In this document: in pieces, positions 29,759 to 38,171 of the stretch
Position numbering within the stretch: position 1 is the stretch's first letter
Layout: each line of letters opens with the position of its first letter
Origin: a virus
Lineage: Duplodnaviria; Caudoviricetes
Direction: 5' to 3' (one strand)
DNA: 64,000 bases
IMG/VR virus record: IMGVR_UViG_3300015244_002130
Location: 5,250 to 69,249 of that record
The notes under the pieces: generated by a model
Database searches by the model: none
What the model was told of the DNA's origin: nothing
What the model saw: only the letters and a program-made list of their open reading frames with translations
Translations under genes and position numbers: made by a program

Positions 29759-32049
29759 GTAAAGGTACAAAAGTAGTCAAGAGAAATGGATTGATCGAAT
29801 CTCTTGATTTAGACAAGATGCACATAATGGTTGAAGAGGCATGTAAAAACCTTGCTGGTGTCTCTGCAAGTCAGGTTGAAATGAAGTCTGGCATTCAATT
29901 TTACAATGGTATTACTACATCTGAAATTCAAGAAATTTTGATTCGATCTGCTTCAGATTTGATTGATTTGGATCATCCAAACTATCAATATGTTGCTGCC
30001 CGTCTTCTTTTGTTTTCGGTTCGTAAGCAACTTTATGGAAAAATGATGGAACTTCCACATCTTGAAGAACACATCTATGCTTGTGTAAATGCGGAAGTAT
30101 ATGATTCTGACATTTTTAACAAATACTCTAAAGAAGAGATTGATTTTGCAAACTCTTTTATTCGTCACGATAGAGATTATTTGTTTACTTATGCTGGTCT
30201 TAGGCAGGTAGTTGATAAGTATCTTGTTCAGGATCGTAGCACTGGTGGAGTATATGAAACTCCTCAATTCATGTATATGATGATTGCATTGACTGTTTTT
30301 GCGGAATATCCAAAAGAAACCAGAATGTCATACGTTAAGAGGTATTATGACGCAATCTCAAGACACAAGATCAACATCCCAACACCAATCATGGCAGGAG
30401 TGCGAACTCCGCTTAGACAATTTGCTAGTTGTGTCCTTGTTGACGTTGATGACACCCTCGATAGTATCTTTAGCAGTGATATGGCTATTGGCAGATACGT
30501 GTCACAGAGGGCGGGCATCGGCATCAACGCTGGTCGAATCCGTGGCATCAACAGTAAAATCAGAGGGGGAGAAGTTTCGCATACGGGTGTTATACCATTT
30601 CTCAAAAAGTTTGAAGCAACTGTCAGATGTTGCACGCAAAATGGCATACGAGGTGGATCCGCGACAGTTCACTTCCCCATCTGGCACCAAGAAATAGAGG
30701 ACATCTTAGTCCTCAAAAACAACAAAGGTACTGAGGACAATCGTGTTAGAAAACTTGACTATAGCATCCAGATCAGTAAACTCTTCTATGAAAGGTTTAT
30801 TCAAGATGGTGAGATTACACTTTTCTCCCCGCATGATGCACCTGGACTTTATGATTCTTTCGGGACAGACAAGTTTGACGATTTATACGTTCAATATGAA
30901 AACGATTCGTCCATTCCGTCGAAAACTGTTAAAGCACAGGAACTCATCCTTAGCCTTCTTAAAGAAAGGGCTGAGACGGGTCGGATCTACATCATGAATA
31001 TTGATCATTGCAATTCTCATTCATCCTTCAAGGATAAAGTTGAGATGAGCAATCTTTGTCAAGAAATTACTTTGCCAACTTATCCGATTCAGCATATTGA
31101 TGGTGAAGGTGAAATTGCACTTTGTATCCTTTCTGCGATTAATGTTGGTAAAGTAAAATCGGACGAAGAACTTGAGGAACTTTGCGATCTCTCTGTTCGT
31201 GGTTTGGATGAGTTGATTGATTATCAAAAATACCCCGTAGTGGCAGCTGAGATCGTTACCAAGGCACGTCGTTCTCTTGGTGTGGGATTTATTGGTCTGG
31301 CACACTATTTGGCAAAACTTGGGTTTAACTATGATTCTCAAGGAGCTTGGGATGCAGTACACGGACTTGCAGAATCTTTTCAGTATTATCTCCTAAAAGC
31401 ATCAAATCAACTTGCAAAAGAAAAGGGGTATTGTGAATACTTTGGACGCACCAAATATGCTGATGGCATTCTCCCTATTGATACATACAAAAAAGATGTA
31501 GACGAAATTTCTTCTATTCCTTACCAGCATGATTGGGAAACACTTAGAGCATCTATCTTGGAACACGGTCTCAGGCACTCAACACTGTCCGCACAGATGC
31601 CATCGGAGAGCAGTTCCGTTGTGTCAAATGCAACCAATGGAATCGAGCCACCTAGAGACTACTTGTCCGTTAAGAAGTCAAAGAAAGGACCCCTTAAGCA
31701 AATCGTTCCTCAATATCAAGCACTTAAGAACAACTATACACTTTTGTGGGATATGCCTAGCAATCGTGGGTACATTCATATTGTTGCTGTTATGCAAAAA
31801 TTCTTCGATCAAGCGATTAGTGGAAACTGGTCCTATAACCCAGAAAATTATTCAGACAATGAAGTCCCAACTTCAGTAATGGCAAATGACTTTTTGACTA
31901 CATACAAGTACGGGTGGAAAACTTCCTATTATCAAAATACCTACGATATTAAAACCGATGAGGTGGTGGAAGAGAAACCCAAACTTCAAGATTTGCTAAG
32001 TGAGTTAAGTTCAGTAGAGGAGGGAGAGTGTGAATCCTGTGCAGTTTAA
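29755..32049 (+). CDS. nrdA: Class Ia ribonucleotide reductase alpha subunit
   Basis: ATP-cone VVKRNG, FASCVL, SNLCQEI, MPSESSS, C-terminal CESC; no intein or intron. Confidence 0.96.
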   Translation: MSKGTKVVKRNGLIESLDLDKMHIMVEEACKNLAGVSASQVEMKSGIQFYNGITTSEIQEILIRSASDLIDLDHPNYQYVAARLLLFSVRKQLYGKMMELPHLEEHIYACVNAEVYDSDIFNKYSKEEIDFANSFIRHDRDYLFTYAGLRQVVDKYLVQDRSTGGVYETPQFMYMMIALTVFAEYPKETRMSYVKRYYDAISRHKINIPTPIMAGVRTPLRQFASCVLVDVDDTLDSIFSSDMAIGRYVSQRAGIGINAGRIRGINSKIRGGEVSHTGVIPFLKKFEATVRCCTQNGIRGGSATVHFPIWHQEIEDILVLKNNKGTEDNRVRKLDYSIQISKLFYERFIQDGEITLFSPHDAPGLYDSFGTDKFDDLYVQYENDSSIPSKTVKAQELILSLLKERAETGRIYIMNIDHCNSHSSFKDKVEMSNLCQEITLPTYPIQHIDGEGEIALCILSAINVGKVKSDEELEELCDLSVRGLDELIDYQKYPVVAAEIVTKARRSLGVGFIGLAHYLAKLGFNYDSQGAWDAVHGLAESFQYYLLKASNQLAKEKGYCEYFGRTKYADGILPIDTYKKDVDEISSIPYQHDWETLRASILEHGLRHSTLSAQMPSESSSVVSNATNGIEPPRDYLSVKKSKKGPLKQIVPQYQALKNNYTLLWDMPSNRGYIHIVAVMQKFFDQAISGNWSYNPENYSDNEVPTSVMANDFLTTYKYGWKTSYYQNTYDIKTDEVVEEKPKLQDLLSELSSVEEGECESCAV

Positions 32050-33217
32050 AATTTCTTCAACAGAAGAACAAACACAAGTCAAGGGGATGACGGTTTTTAA
32101 CACTGAACAAGTGAATACAAAAAAACAACCGATGTTTTTTGGAAAACCCCTTGGGATACAACGATATGATTCATACAAATATCCAGTCTTCGATAAACTG
32201 ACTACACAGCAATTAGGATACTTCTGGAGGCCCGAAGAGGTGTCTCTTCAGAAGGATCGTGGTGACTATCAAACTTTGCGTCCAGAACAGAGGCACATTT
32301 ATACTTCAAATTTGAAGTATCAAATTATGCTTGATTCTGTTCAGGGTCGTGGACCTGGAATGGCTTTCATTCCATATTGCTCATTGCCTGAGTTGGAAGC
32401 TTGTATGGAGGTATGGGGATTTATGGAGATGATCCATAGTCGTTCATACACATACATTATCAAAAATATCTATTCTGATCCAAGTGAAGTGTTTGATATG
32501 ATCATTAACGATGAACGTATCCTGGAACGTGCTAAGAGCGTTACAGAATCATATGATGACTTTATTCAAACCGCACAAGATTATGGTTCATCCAATGTTT
32601 GGATGCACAATCTTGAAAAAGTTTCATATGCACAACAGAGTCTCAATGATGTTAAACGAAAATTATACAGAGCAATCGCAAACGTTAACATTCTTGAAGG
32701 TATTCGCTTCTACGTTAGTTTTGCTTGTAGTTTCGCCTTTGGTGAACTTAAGCTTATGGAAGGATCAGCTAAGATCATCTCTCTTATCGCAAGAGACGAA
32801 AATCAACATCTAGCCATTACTCAGAATATTCTGAATAAATGGCGTGATGGTGACGATCCAGAAATGAAACAGATCATGAAAGAAGAGGAAGAGTGGACAT
32901 ATAAGATGTTTAATCGTGCTGTAAATGAAGAAAAACGATGGGCAGATTATCTGTTCAAAGATGGTAGCATGATTGGACTTAACGATAAACTTCTTCAACA
33001 ATACGTTGAGTGGATTGCTAATAGAAGATTAAAGGCGATTGGATTAAAACCTCAATACGATATTTCAGCAAACAATAATCCACTTCCTTGGACTCAGCAC
33101 TGGATTTCCTCTAAAGGTCTCCAGGTGGCTCCCCAGGAAACCGAAGTAGAAAGTTATGTAGTCGGTGGAATTAAACAAGATGTGAAAAAAGACACATTTA
33201 GTGGTTTTAAATTGTAA
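32030..33217 (+). CDS. nrdB: Ribonucleotide reductase beta subunit
   Basis: FWRPEE, EMIHSRSY, LEGIRFY, RDENQH di-iron motifs. Confidence 0.96.
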   Translation: MNPVQFKISSTEEQTQVKGMTVFNTEQVNTKKQPMFFGKPLGIQRYDSYKYPVFDKLTTQQLGYFWRPEEVSLQKDRGDYQTLRPEQRHIYTSNLKYQIMLDSVQGRGPGMAFIPYCSLPELEACMEVWGFMEMIHSRSYTYIIKNIYSDPSEVFDMIINDERILERAKSVTESYDDFIQTAQDYGSSNVWMHNLEKVSYAQQSLNDVKRKLYRAIANVNILEGIRFYVSFACSFAFGELKLMEGSAKIISLIARDENQHLAITQNILNKWRDGDDPEMKQIMKEEEEWTYKMFNRAVNEEKRWADYLFKDGSMIGLNDKLLQQYVEWIANRRLKAIGLKPQYDISANNNPLPWTQHWISSKGLQVAPQETEVESYVVGGIKQDVKKDTFSGFKL

Positions 33218-33240
33218 CAATCAATTTAAAATTTATAGAT

Positions 33241-33267
33241 AGAGGAGGTAACCCCTCCTCTTTTTTT
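33241..33267 (+). terminator. Rho-independent terminator after nrdB
   Basis: agaggagg-taacc-cctcctct plus T-run. Confidence 0.75.
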
Positions 33268-33423
33268 ATGATACACGTTACAGATATTTACTCCCTTAAA
33301 GCAAAGTTATTTAAACTCAAACACCAATTGGATCAAGAACATAGATATCCTGGAGAAAAGGAACTTGTCCATAAATATCTTAATAAAGTTCTTGATTATG
33401 TAGATGAGTTGCAGTTATACTAA
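33268..33423 (+). CDS. 51-aa hypothetical protein (not in the ORF track)
   Basis: MIHVTDIYSLKAKL...DELQLY. Confidence 0.5.
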   Translation: MIHVTDIYSLKAKLFKLKHQLDQEHRYPGEKELVHKYLNKVLDYVDELQLY

Positions 33424-33841
33424 TCCATGGTATTATAAAGGTGAACCTTTTGAATCTAAAGATATTGAAGACTATTTTGGATTTGTTTATCTAATAGAAA
33501 ACAAATCTAATGGTCGAAAATACATAGGTAGAAAATATCTGTGGCAATTTAGAACTCCAAAAGGAAAAAATCGTAAAGTCAAATCGGAATCAGATTGGAA
33601 AAAATATTATGGGTCTTGTCCGGAACTTAAAGAAGACATTGAAAAATTTGGCAGAGAAAATTTTAGTAGAACTATCTTATCATTACATAAAACAAAGGGC
33701 AAAACAAACTATGAAGAGACAAGACAACTCTTCACAAATAACGTACTCACAGAGTCCCTTGACAACGGAGAACCCGCATTCTACAATAGCAACATCCTTT
33801 CAAGATACTACAGAAAAGATTATTATGAACGCAACCACTGA
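33404..33841 (+). CDS. denA: GIY-YIG nuclease, endonuclease II (DenA)-like
   Basis: GFVYLI...KYIGRK motif; same position downstream of nrdB as T4 denA. Confidence 0.6.
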   Translation: MSCSYTNPWYYKGEPFESKDIEDYFGFVYLIENKSNGRKYIGRKYLWQFRTPKGKNRKVKSESDWKKYYGSCPELKEDIEKFGRENFSRTILSLHKTKGKTNYEETRQLFTNNVLTESLDNGEPAFYNSNILSRYYRKDYYERNH

Positions 33842-33998
33842 AGACATTGTTGCTCGTGTGAGAGAGTGGTCTCTTGATCGTGCTGCAGATAAAAGTATTT
33901 CAAAAGCAGATGCTCGTGCTATTCTTGCAGAATTCTATGAATGGATTGATCCTGAAGAAGACGAACTTGAAATTGTCTCTTTGGAACCAGAGGATTGA
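33825..33998 (+). CDS. Hypothetical protein
   Basis: MNATTEDIVARVREW..., coupled to the upstream gene. Confidence 0.6.
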   Translation: MNATTEDIVARVREWSLDRAADKSISKADARAILAEFYEWIDPEEDELEIVSLEPED

Positions 33999-34024
33999 CA
34001 AATCCTAAATAATCACTTATAATG
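33996..34024 (+). promoter_or_regulatory. Consensus sigma70 promoter of rlpA
   Basis: TTGACA-N17-TATAAT exact match. Confidence 0.8.
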
Positions 34025-34154
34025 TTTAAGCAATCCTTAAAAAGATTGCTTTTTTATTATGAGATTTTGAGTGCGATTTAGAGCCCAGGAAATTGCCCCT
34101 TGAGAAAGGGGAAGTGCGCTTTTTCTATTGGGATGTAGAGTTCAATCAATTTTA

Positions 34155-34517
34155 ATGCTTTTTAAAACACTTTCAATTCTTGCCGTTGCTATTTCAGGAC
34201 TGGCACCCCTTCAAGCAAAGGCAGCGAGTGGATGTTCCCTCGCATCACATTATGGAATCGGTGACGGATATCATGGGCAGACGACTGCAAACGGTGAAAG
34301 ATTTAATGCTTACGGAAAATCAGTAGCACATCGTTGGTTACCATTTGGTACTAGATTAAGAGTGACAAATCAATCAAATGGGAAATCAGTAATTGTGCGT
34401 GTAAATGATCGAGGACCTTATGTAGGTGGTAGAGACCTTGACCTGTCTTACGGTGCGTTCTCTTCTATTGCCTCGCCAGGGCAAGGAGTCACTAACATCT
34501 GCTATGCAACTTTATAG
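34155..34517 (+). CDS. rlpA: RlpA-like lytic transglycosylase (DPBB) with signal peptide
   Basis: ASHYG...G.TTANGERF...AHRWLPFGT.LRVTN...VRVNDRGP...RDLDLS. Confidence 0.9.
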   Translation: MLFKTLSILAVAISGLAPLQAKAASGCSLASHYGIGDGYHGQTTANGERFNAYGKSVAHRWLPFGTRLRVTNQSNGKSVIVRVNDRGPYVGGRDLDLSYGAFSSIASPGQGVTNICYATL

Positions 34518-34532
34518 TATCTAATAAATACT

Positions 34533-34560
34533 GGGGAGTGCTGCAGAACTCCCCTTTTTT
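34533..34560 (+). terminator. Terminator after rlpA
   Basis: ggggagt...actcccc plus T6. Confidence 0.7.
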
Positions 34561-34977
34561 ATGTTTAAATTTAATTTTGGAAATAAAAAACCAGATATAA
34601 AACAATATGCAATTATAGGAATCGTATTATCATCTATTATTGCAGCACTTTCACAATGCACTGGAATTCATGAAAAAAATCTTTGGGATTTATTGGACGA
34701 AATTCAAAGAAGATATTTCCCACAAACAATTATTAATGAGTTTATACTTAAAGATCCTGAAAAACTGAATCGTAGAATTCAAAGGGATGTGGATAAAGCA
34801 ATACATAATGTGGAACCTGAATATGATAGAATCATTCGAGAAGCAGATCGTAAATTTCAACCCCGATATCAGAACTTGCAAAACGATGAGACTGTGTGCT
34901 ATACTGATGAATGTAAGTCATTAGCACCTCCTATGAGAATTTGTGCTCCTTGGGTTGACACCTGTCCCAAGGACTGA
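34561..34977 (+). CDS. Membrane-anchored or lipoprotein-like hypothetical protein
   Basis: Hydrophobic segment ending LSQC; Cys-rich C-terminus. Confidence 0.65.
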   Translation: MFKFNFGNKKPDIKQYAIIGIVLSSIIAALSQCTGIHEKNLWDLLDEIQRRYFPQTIINEFILKDPEKLNRRIQRDVDKAIHNVEPEYDRIIREADRKFQPRYQNLQNDETVCYTDECKSLAPPMRICAPWVDTCPKD

Positions 34978-34999
34978 TATGATAAGTAGGTAAACAAAT

Positions 35000-35073
35000 G
35001 GGCTAGTAACTCAGTGGAACAGAGTAACGCTCTTCTAAAGCGTGAGTCGTTGGTTCGAATCCAACCTAGCCCG
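35000..35073 (+). tRNA. tRNA-Arg(UCU)
   Basis: gggctag/ctagccc; acgct-cttctaa-agcgt. Confidence 0.92.
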
Positions 35074-35076
35074 TAT

Positions 35077-35158
35077 GTCGTTGTGGCGGAATTGGTAGAC
35101 GCGCTGGGTTTAGGTTCCAGTAGATTAATCTGTGAAGGTTCAAGTCCTTTCAACGACA
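35077..35158 (+). tRNA. tRNA-Leu(UAG)
   Basis: gtcgttg/caacgac; ctggg-tttaggt-tccag; long variable arm. Confidence 0.92.
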
Positions 35159-35159
35159 C

Positions 35160-35188
35160 TTGACAATCAAACTTAAATGGTTTATGAT
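35160..35188 (+). promoter_or_regulatory. sigma70-type promoter within the tRNA cluster
   Basis: TTGACA-N17-TATGAT, bracketed by gacaatca/tgattgtc. Confidence 0.7.
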
Positions 35189-35198
35189 TGTCTCATAT

Positions 35199-35269
35199 GC
35201 GAATGTGGTGTAGCGGTAACATCCCATCCTTCCAAGTTGGTGTCACGGGTTCGATCCCCGTCATTCGCT
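35199..35269 (+). tRNA. tRNA-Gly(UCC)
   Basis: gcgaatg/cattcgc; ccatc-cttccaa-gttgg. Confidence 0.9.
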
Positions 35270-35289
35270 CTGAACCTTCGGGTTCTTAT

Positions 35290-35362
35290 TCCCCTATAGC
35301 TCAATTGGCAGAGCACGGTGCTGTTAACACTGGGGTTGTTCGTTCGAGTCGGACTGGGGGAG
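35290..35362 (+). tRNA. tRNA-Asn(GUU)
   Basis: tccccta/tggggga; cggtg-ctgttaa-cactg. Confidence 0.9.
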
Positions 35363-35483
35363 TAGGGAGGACTGGAAATGTCTGGGACTTCCTCTAAATC
35401 CTAAGTTTTCTTAGGTCGGGGACTTGATCACCCCCGTTCGTTGCGGAGAGTGTCTTCCGCGAGTGGTGGGCACTCACTACTCA
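35363..35483 (+). ncRNA. Candidate structured RNA between tRNA-Asn and tRNA-Val
   Basis: GC-rich spacer forming 4-5 consecutive hairpins. Confidence 0.4.
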
Positions 35484-35486
35484 TTT

Positions 35487-35558
35487 GGGCGATTGGCGCA
35501 GCGGTAGCGCAGCTGCTTTACACGCAGACGGTCATTGGTTCGAATCCGATATTGCCCA
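35487..35558 (+). tRNA. tRNA-Val(UAC)
   Basis: gggcgat/attgccc; ctgc-tttacac-gcag. Confidence 0.9.
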
Positions 35559-35586
35559 CTTGCATAAATATTGTAAAAAGAGTATA

Positions 35587-36021
35587 ATGGAAAAACTGTT
35601 TAAACTCTTAAGTGATGCTCAGTCATCACTTTTTGTTTTGTTTCATAAAACTTGGGCATTTCACTGGAATGTAGTTGGAGAAGATTTTACTCAACTTCAT
35701 CAACTCTTTGGTGGACAGTATGAAACAATGTTTGAAGAGATTGATAGGCTCTCCGAACATATGAGATACTTAAACATTAAACCATTGAGTTCACTTTCAA
35801 GAATGCTTGAGGTAACTCAAATCAAAGAAGCAGCAAGTTCAACGGGAGCAAGAGAAATGCTTCAAGAACTTTTAGATAATAACATTAAATTTTGCGAATT
35901 AATGCAAGAGATTTCAGAGGAATCTGAAACTCAAAAGCAATATGCAACTGCTAATCTGGTGCAAGATTTAATGGAATCTCATGGTAAGTTTGTCTGGCAA
36001 TTAAGATCGCATTTACAATGA
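35587..36021 (+). CDS. dps: Dps / ferritin-like DNA-protection protein
   Basis: FHWNVVG..F..LH..F...YE....EIDRLSEH, C-terminal HGKFVWQL; true start 35587 (the track start overlaps tRNA-Val). Confidence 0.88.
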   Translation: MEKLFKLLSDAQSSLFVLFHKTWAFHWNVVGEDFTQLHQLFGGQYETMFEEIDRLSEHMRYLNIKPLSSLSRMLEVTQIKEAASSTGAREMLQELLDNNIKFCELMQEISEESETQKQYATANLVQDLMESHGKFVWQLRSHLQ

Positions 36022-36036
36022 ATAGGATGAATATCA

Positions 36037-36282
36037 ATGATTATCGTAAGATGTAGAGATTGTAATAAAGAGATTGCGAGCACAAATAAAACTCAAACTT
36101 GTGGTTGTCCTAATATGATGGCTGTAAGAGGAGATAATGTATCCGCAGTTGACTTAAGTAGAGTTGTTATGGTAAACTCTACACAGAAAGAACAAAAGAA
36201 CTTTCTAACAACACAAGATATTGCCTGGCAAGAGGCAAGACGCCAACGCAAAGTAAAGCGTTTGGACTTTGAAATTCGATGA
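36037..36282 (+). CDS. Small Cys-rich (zinc-binding) hypothetical protein
   Basis: CRDC...CGC motifs. Confidence 0.65.
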   Translation: MIIVRCRDCNKEIASTNKTQTCGCPNMMAVRGDNVSAVDLSRVVMVNSTQKEQKNFLTTQDIAWQEARRQRKVKRLDFEIR

Positions 36283-36292
36283 ATTTCTTTAT

Positions 36293-36379
36293 GGAGAGTC
36301 AATCCGATTGGCGACGGAACCTGTCTTGAAAACAGTTGAGGTGTTAAAGCCCTTGGGCGTTCGACTCGCCCACTCTCCG
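36293..36379 (+). tRNA. tRNA-Ser(UGA)
   Basis: ggagagt/actctcc; ctgt-cttgaaa-acag; long variable arm. Confidence 0.9.
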
Positions 36380-36489
36380 TTTAAATGGTTACGAACTTAA
36401 CAATTTCTTCAACAGTGTTACGTATTGAACACAATTGTTGATGTTTAAAGTTTTCTGATTAGTATATATTAGTAATATGCACAAAACCC

Positions 36490-36639
36490 ATGGATCAACA
36501 TACTTATGAGAACTGGGTGAAAATTAAAGCAACCTTTGAATCTTCTGGTAATACCAATAATATGTTCTATAAAAGAGCAGTTGAAATTGTTAAAACACGA
36601 AAAGATCCTCTTGCAAAATATCTTGGAGATGAGAAATGA
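36490..36639 (+). CDS. 49-aa hypothetical protein (not in the ORF track)
   Basis: MDQHTYENWVKIKATFE... Confidence 0.55.
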   Translation: MDQHTYENWVKIKATFESSGNTNNMFYKRAVEIVKTRKDPLAKYLGDEK

Positions 36640-36806
36640 TGCACGAACAAGATGAATTGATAAGTCGATCTGAAGTTCAAGAGATGATTGATCGAGCAAT
36701 TGACAAGCACAATAAAACTGCTACAATGATATCAGCAGCAATCGGTTCGGTTCTGCTTTTTTTCTATGCCCACGGTGTTATTGCCATCATAGATAGAATA
36801 CGATGA
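36636..36806 (+). CDS. 56-aa membrane hypothetical protein (not in the ORF track)
   Basis: ATGA-coupled; C-terminal hydrophobic helix. Confidence 0.55.
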   Translation: MMHEQDELISRSEVQEMIDRAIDKHNKTATMISAAIGSVLLFFYAHGVIAIIDRIR

Positions 36807-36865
36807 GACACCTTATTGTAACTTTACTGAATAATAACATTTTCTTATTCTTTCTTTGCTACCTC

Positions 36866-36894
36866 TTGACAGTGACTCCAATCTTGGGTATAAT
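36866..36894 (+). promoter_or_regulatory. Consensus sigma70 promoter of tRNA-Pro
   Basis: TTGACA-N17-TATAAT. Confidence 0.75.
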
Positions 36895-36916
36895 GATCAT
36901 ACACAAAAACAAATAA

Positions 36917-36988
36917 CGGGGTGTAAGTCAGAGGTAGACGGCTTGCTTTGGGAGCAAGAAGACACTGGTTCGATCCCAGTCACCCCGA
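36917..36988 (+). tRNA. tRNA-Pro(UGG)
   Basis: cggggtg/caccccg; cttgc-tttggga-gcaag. Confidence 0.9.
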
Positions 36989-37005
36989 CTCATAAAACTC
37001 ACTTT

Positions 37006-37242
37006 ATGAATAAAATGAATCAAGAAATTGAAGAACTTCAATCATTTACAATCGAAGAGTTTCAGGCAGATTTTGATAATCTGATAGATAGAGTTCAAAA
37101 TGGAGAATCATTCTTGATACAAAGTGAGCACGGAAATGCTATAATGGTTCCTTACAATGAAGTCATACGAATATGTGAGGAATCAAATGTGGATTTTGAA
37201 GAGATAGTTAAAATTCACACAGATCACGAAGAAGGTTCGTGA
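37006..37242 (+). CDS. Small acidic protein resembling Phd/YefM antitoxin N-domain
   Basis: FTIEEFQADFDNLIDRVQNGESFLIQSEHGNAIMVP parallels the Phd pattern. Confidence 0.5.
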   Translation: MNKMNQEIEELQSFTIEEFQADFDNLIDRVQNGESFLIQSEHGNAIMVPYNEVIRICEESNVDFEEIVKIHTDHEEGS

Positions 37243-37249
37243 TTTTTAT

Positions 37250-37321
37250 GGGAATATAGCTTAATGGTTAGAGCGGCCTGCTTATAACGGGTTAGTCTGG
37301 GTTCAACTCCCAGTATTCCTA
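37250..37321 (+). tRNA. tRNA-Ile(UAU)
   Basis: gggaata/tattcct; cctg-cttataa-cggg. Confidence 0.88.
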
Positions 37322-37325
37322 CCTT

Positions 37326-37398
37326 GCTGGTTTACCCATCTGGTGATAGGAGCGTCCTCATAAGACGATATAGGCGTGTTCAATCCACGCAACCAGCA
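37326..37398 (+). tRNA. tRNA with CAU anticodon (elongator Met or Ile2)
   Basis: gctggtt/aaccagc; cgtc-ctcataa-gacg; paired 1:72 and no three G-C pairs in the anticodon stem, so not an initiator. Confidence 0.8.
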
Positions 37399-37399
37399 C

Positions 37400-37429
37400 T
37401 TGACAGAATCCCTGTCAAACCTGTATAAT
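37400..37429 (+). promoter_or_regulatory. sigma70-type promoter
   Basis: TTGACA-N18-TATAAT with inverted repeat ttgacag/ctgtcaa. Confidence 0.6.
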
Positions 37430-37451
37430 ACATAGGTCAACATTCAAAACA

Positions 37452-37667
37452 ATGACTCTTACAGAAAAATTCAAGAAAGACGTTCAAACCCTTCGTGGAG
37501 CAGCAAACGGAGACTTTTATCTTGATGTAAAGAATCCGAAACTTTACAAAAAAGTCCGCCGTTATTATGAAAACGAGGGTGTAGTATTCTCTGGTGATCC
37601 TCTGGATGACTATGAAATGCTTATGGAGTACGTTCTTGCTGACATTGAAACTGTTGAGGTTGCTTGA
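37452..37667 (+). CDS. Hypothetical protein
   Basis: 71-aa ORF downstream of the promoter. Confidence 0.65.
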   Translation: MTLTEKFKKDVQTLRGAANGDFYLDVKNPKLYKKVRRYYENEGVVFSGDPLDDYEMLMEYVLADIETVEVA

Positions 37668-37894
37668 TGAAAGTTCTTCTTGAACGCAGTGGATATCGTT
37701 TTATTCAAGATGGTGTCCTCGAAATCAATGGAAAACCAGATTATCGTATGCAAAAGAAAAATGAGTGGACCAAACGTTGGAACGACATTTATCTTTTTGA
37801 TAACCAAATGCAGTGTCTAACTGCTATGGAGGATCACCAATATGCACGTTGGTTAGATTCTGATAATCCTGGTGCCTATCGTCATTATACATAG
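37664..37894 (+). CDS. Hypothetical protein
   Basis: 76-aa ATGA-coupled ORF. Confidence 0.65.
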   Translation: MMKVLLERSGYRFIQDGVLEINGKPDYRMQKKNEWTKRWNDIYLFDNQMQCLTAMEDHQYARWLDSDNPGAYRHYT

Positions 37895-37937
37895 TCACGG
37901 ATGGACTTTAACAGCACTGGTCGGGAGCAAACCCCTT

Positions 37938-38171
37938 ATGTCTAAAATAGGTATCTTAAGATATCTTGGAAATCTTCTTCTCATTATTGGTTATCAAACT
38001 ATGTTATGGGGAGATTTTAAGTATGGTTTGTTAGTTAAATGTATTGGAGGTTTACTGACAGTTCCTTTTGCTATCAAACTTAAACTTTGGGATGTATTAT
38101 TCCTGTGTGCTTTTTTTGGTATTTCCGAGATATCAAAAGTAGTACAACTTTTCCTAGTTCAGTCAAACTAG
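37938..38171 (+). CDS. Small membrane protein embedded in a structured-RNA region
   Basis: MSKIGILRYLG..., about three hydrophobic segments. Confidence 0.6.
   Translation: MSKIGILRYLGNLLLIIGYQTMLWGDFKYGLLVKCIGGLLTVPFAIKLKLWDVLFLCAFFGISEISKVVQLFLVQSN

Noticed and set aside
15931-33217. Introns or inteins in gene 43, nrdA or nrdB (and psbA)
   Set aside because: All are continuous ORFs of normal length with no intein or splice signatures
34060-34150. Assignment of the rlpA leader to c-di-GMP, c-di-AMP or glutamine riboswitch classes
   Set aside because: The conserved cores of those aptamers could not be matched by eye; kept as an unassigned structured leader
35188-35586. Track ORF 35188-35397 and the 5' extension of Dps from 35485
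   Set aside because: They overlap tRNA-Gly, tRNA-Asn and tRNA-Val; the Dps start is better placed at 35587
36856-37005. 5' extension of the 37006 ORF
   Set aside because: It runs through a promoter and tRNA-Pro
36293-37398. Stop-codon reassignment or suppressor tRNAs
   Set aside because: The Ser anticodon UGA reads UCA and Leu UAG reads CUA; core genes translate intact with the standard code
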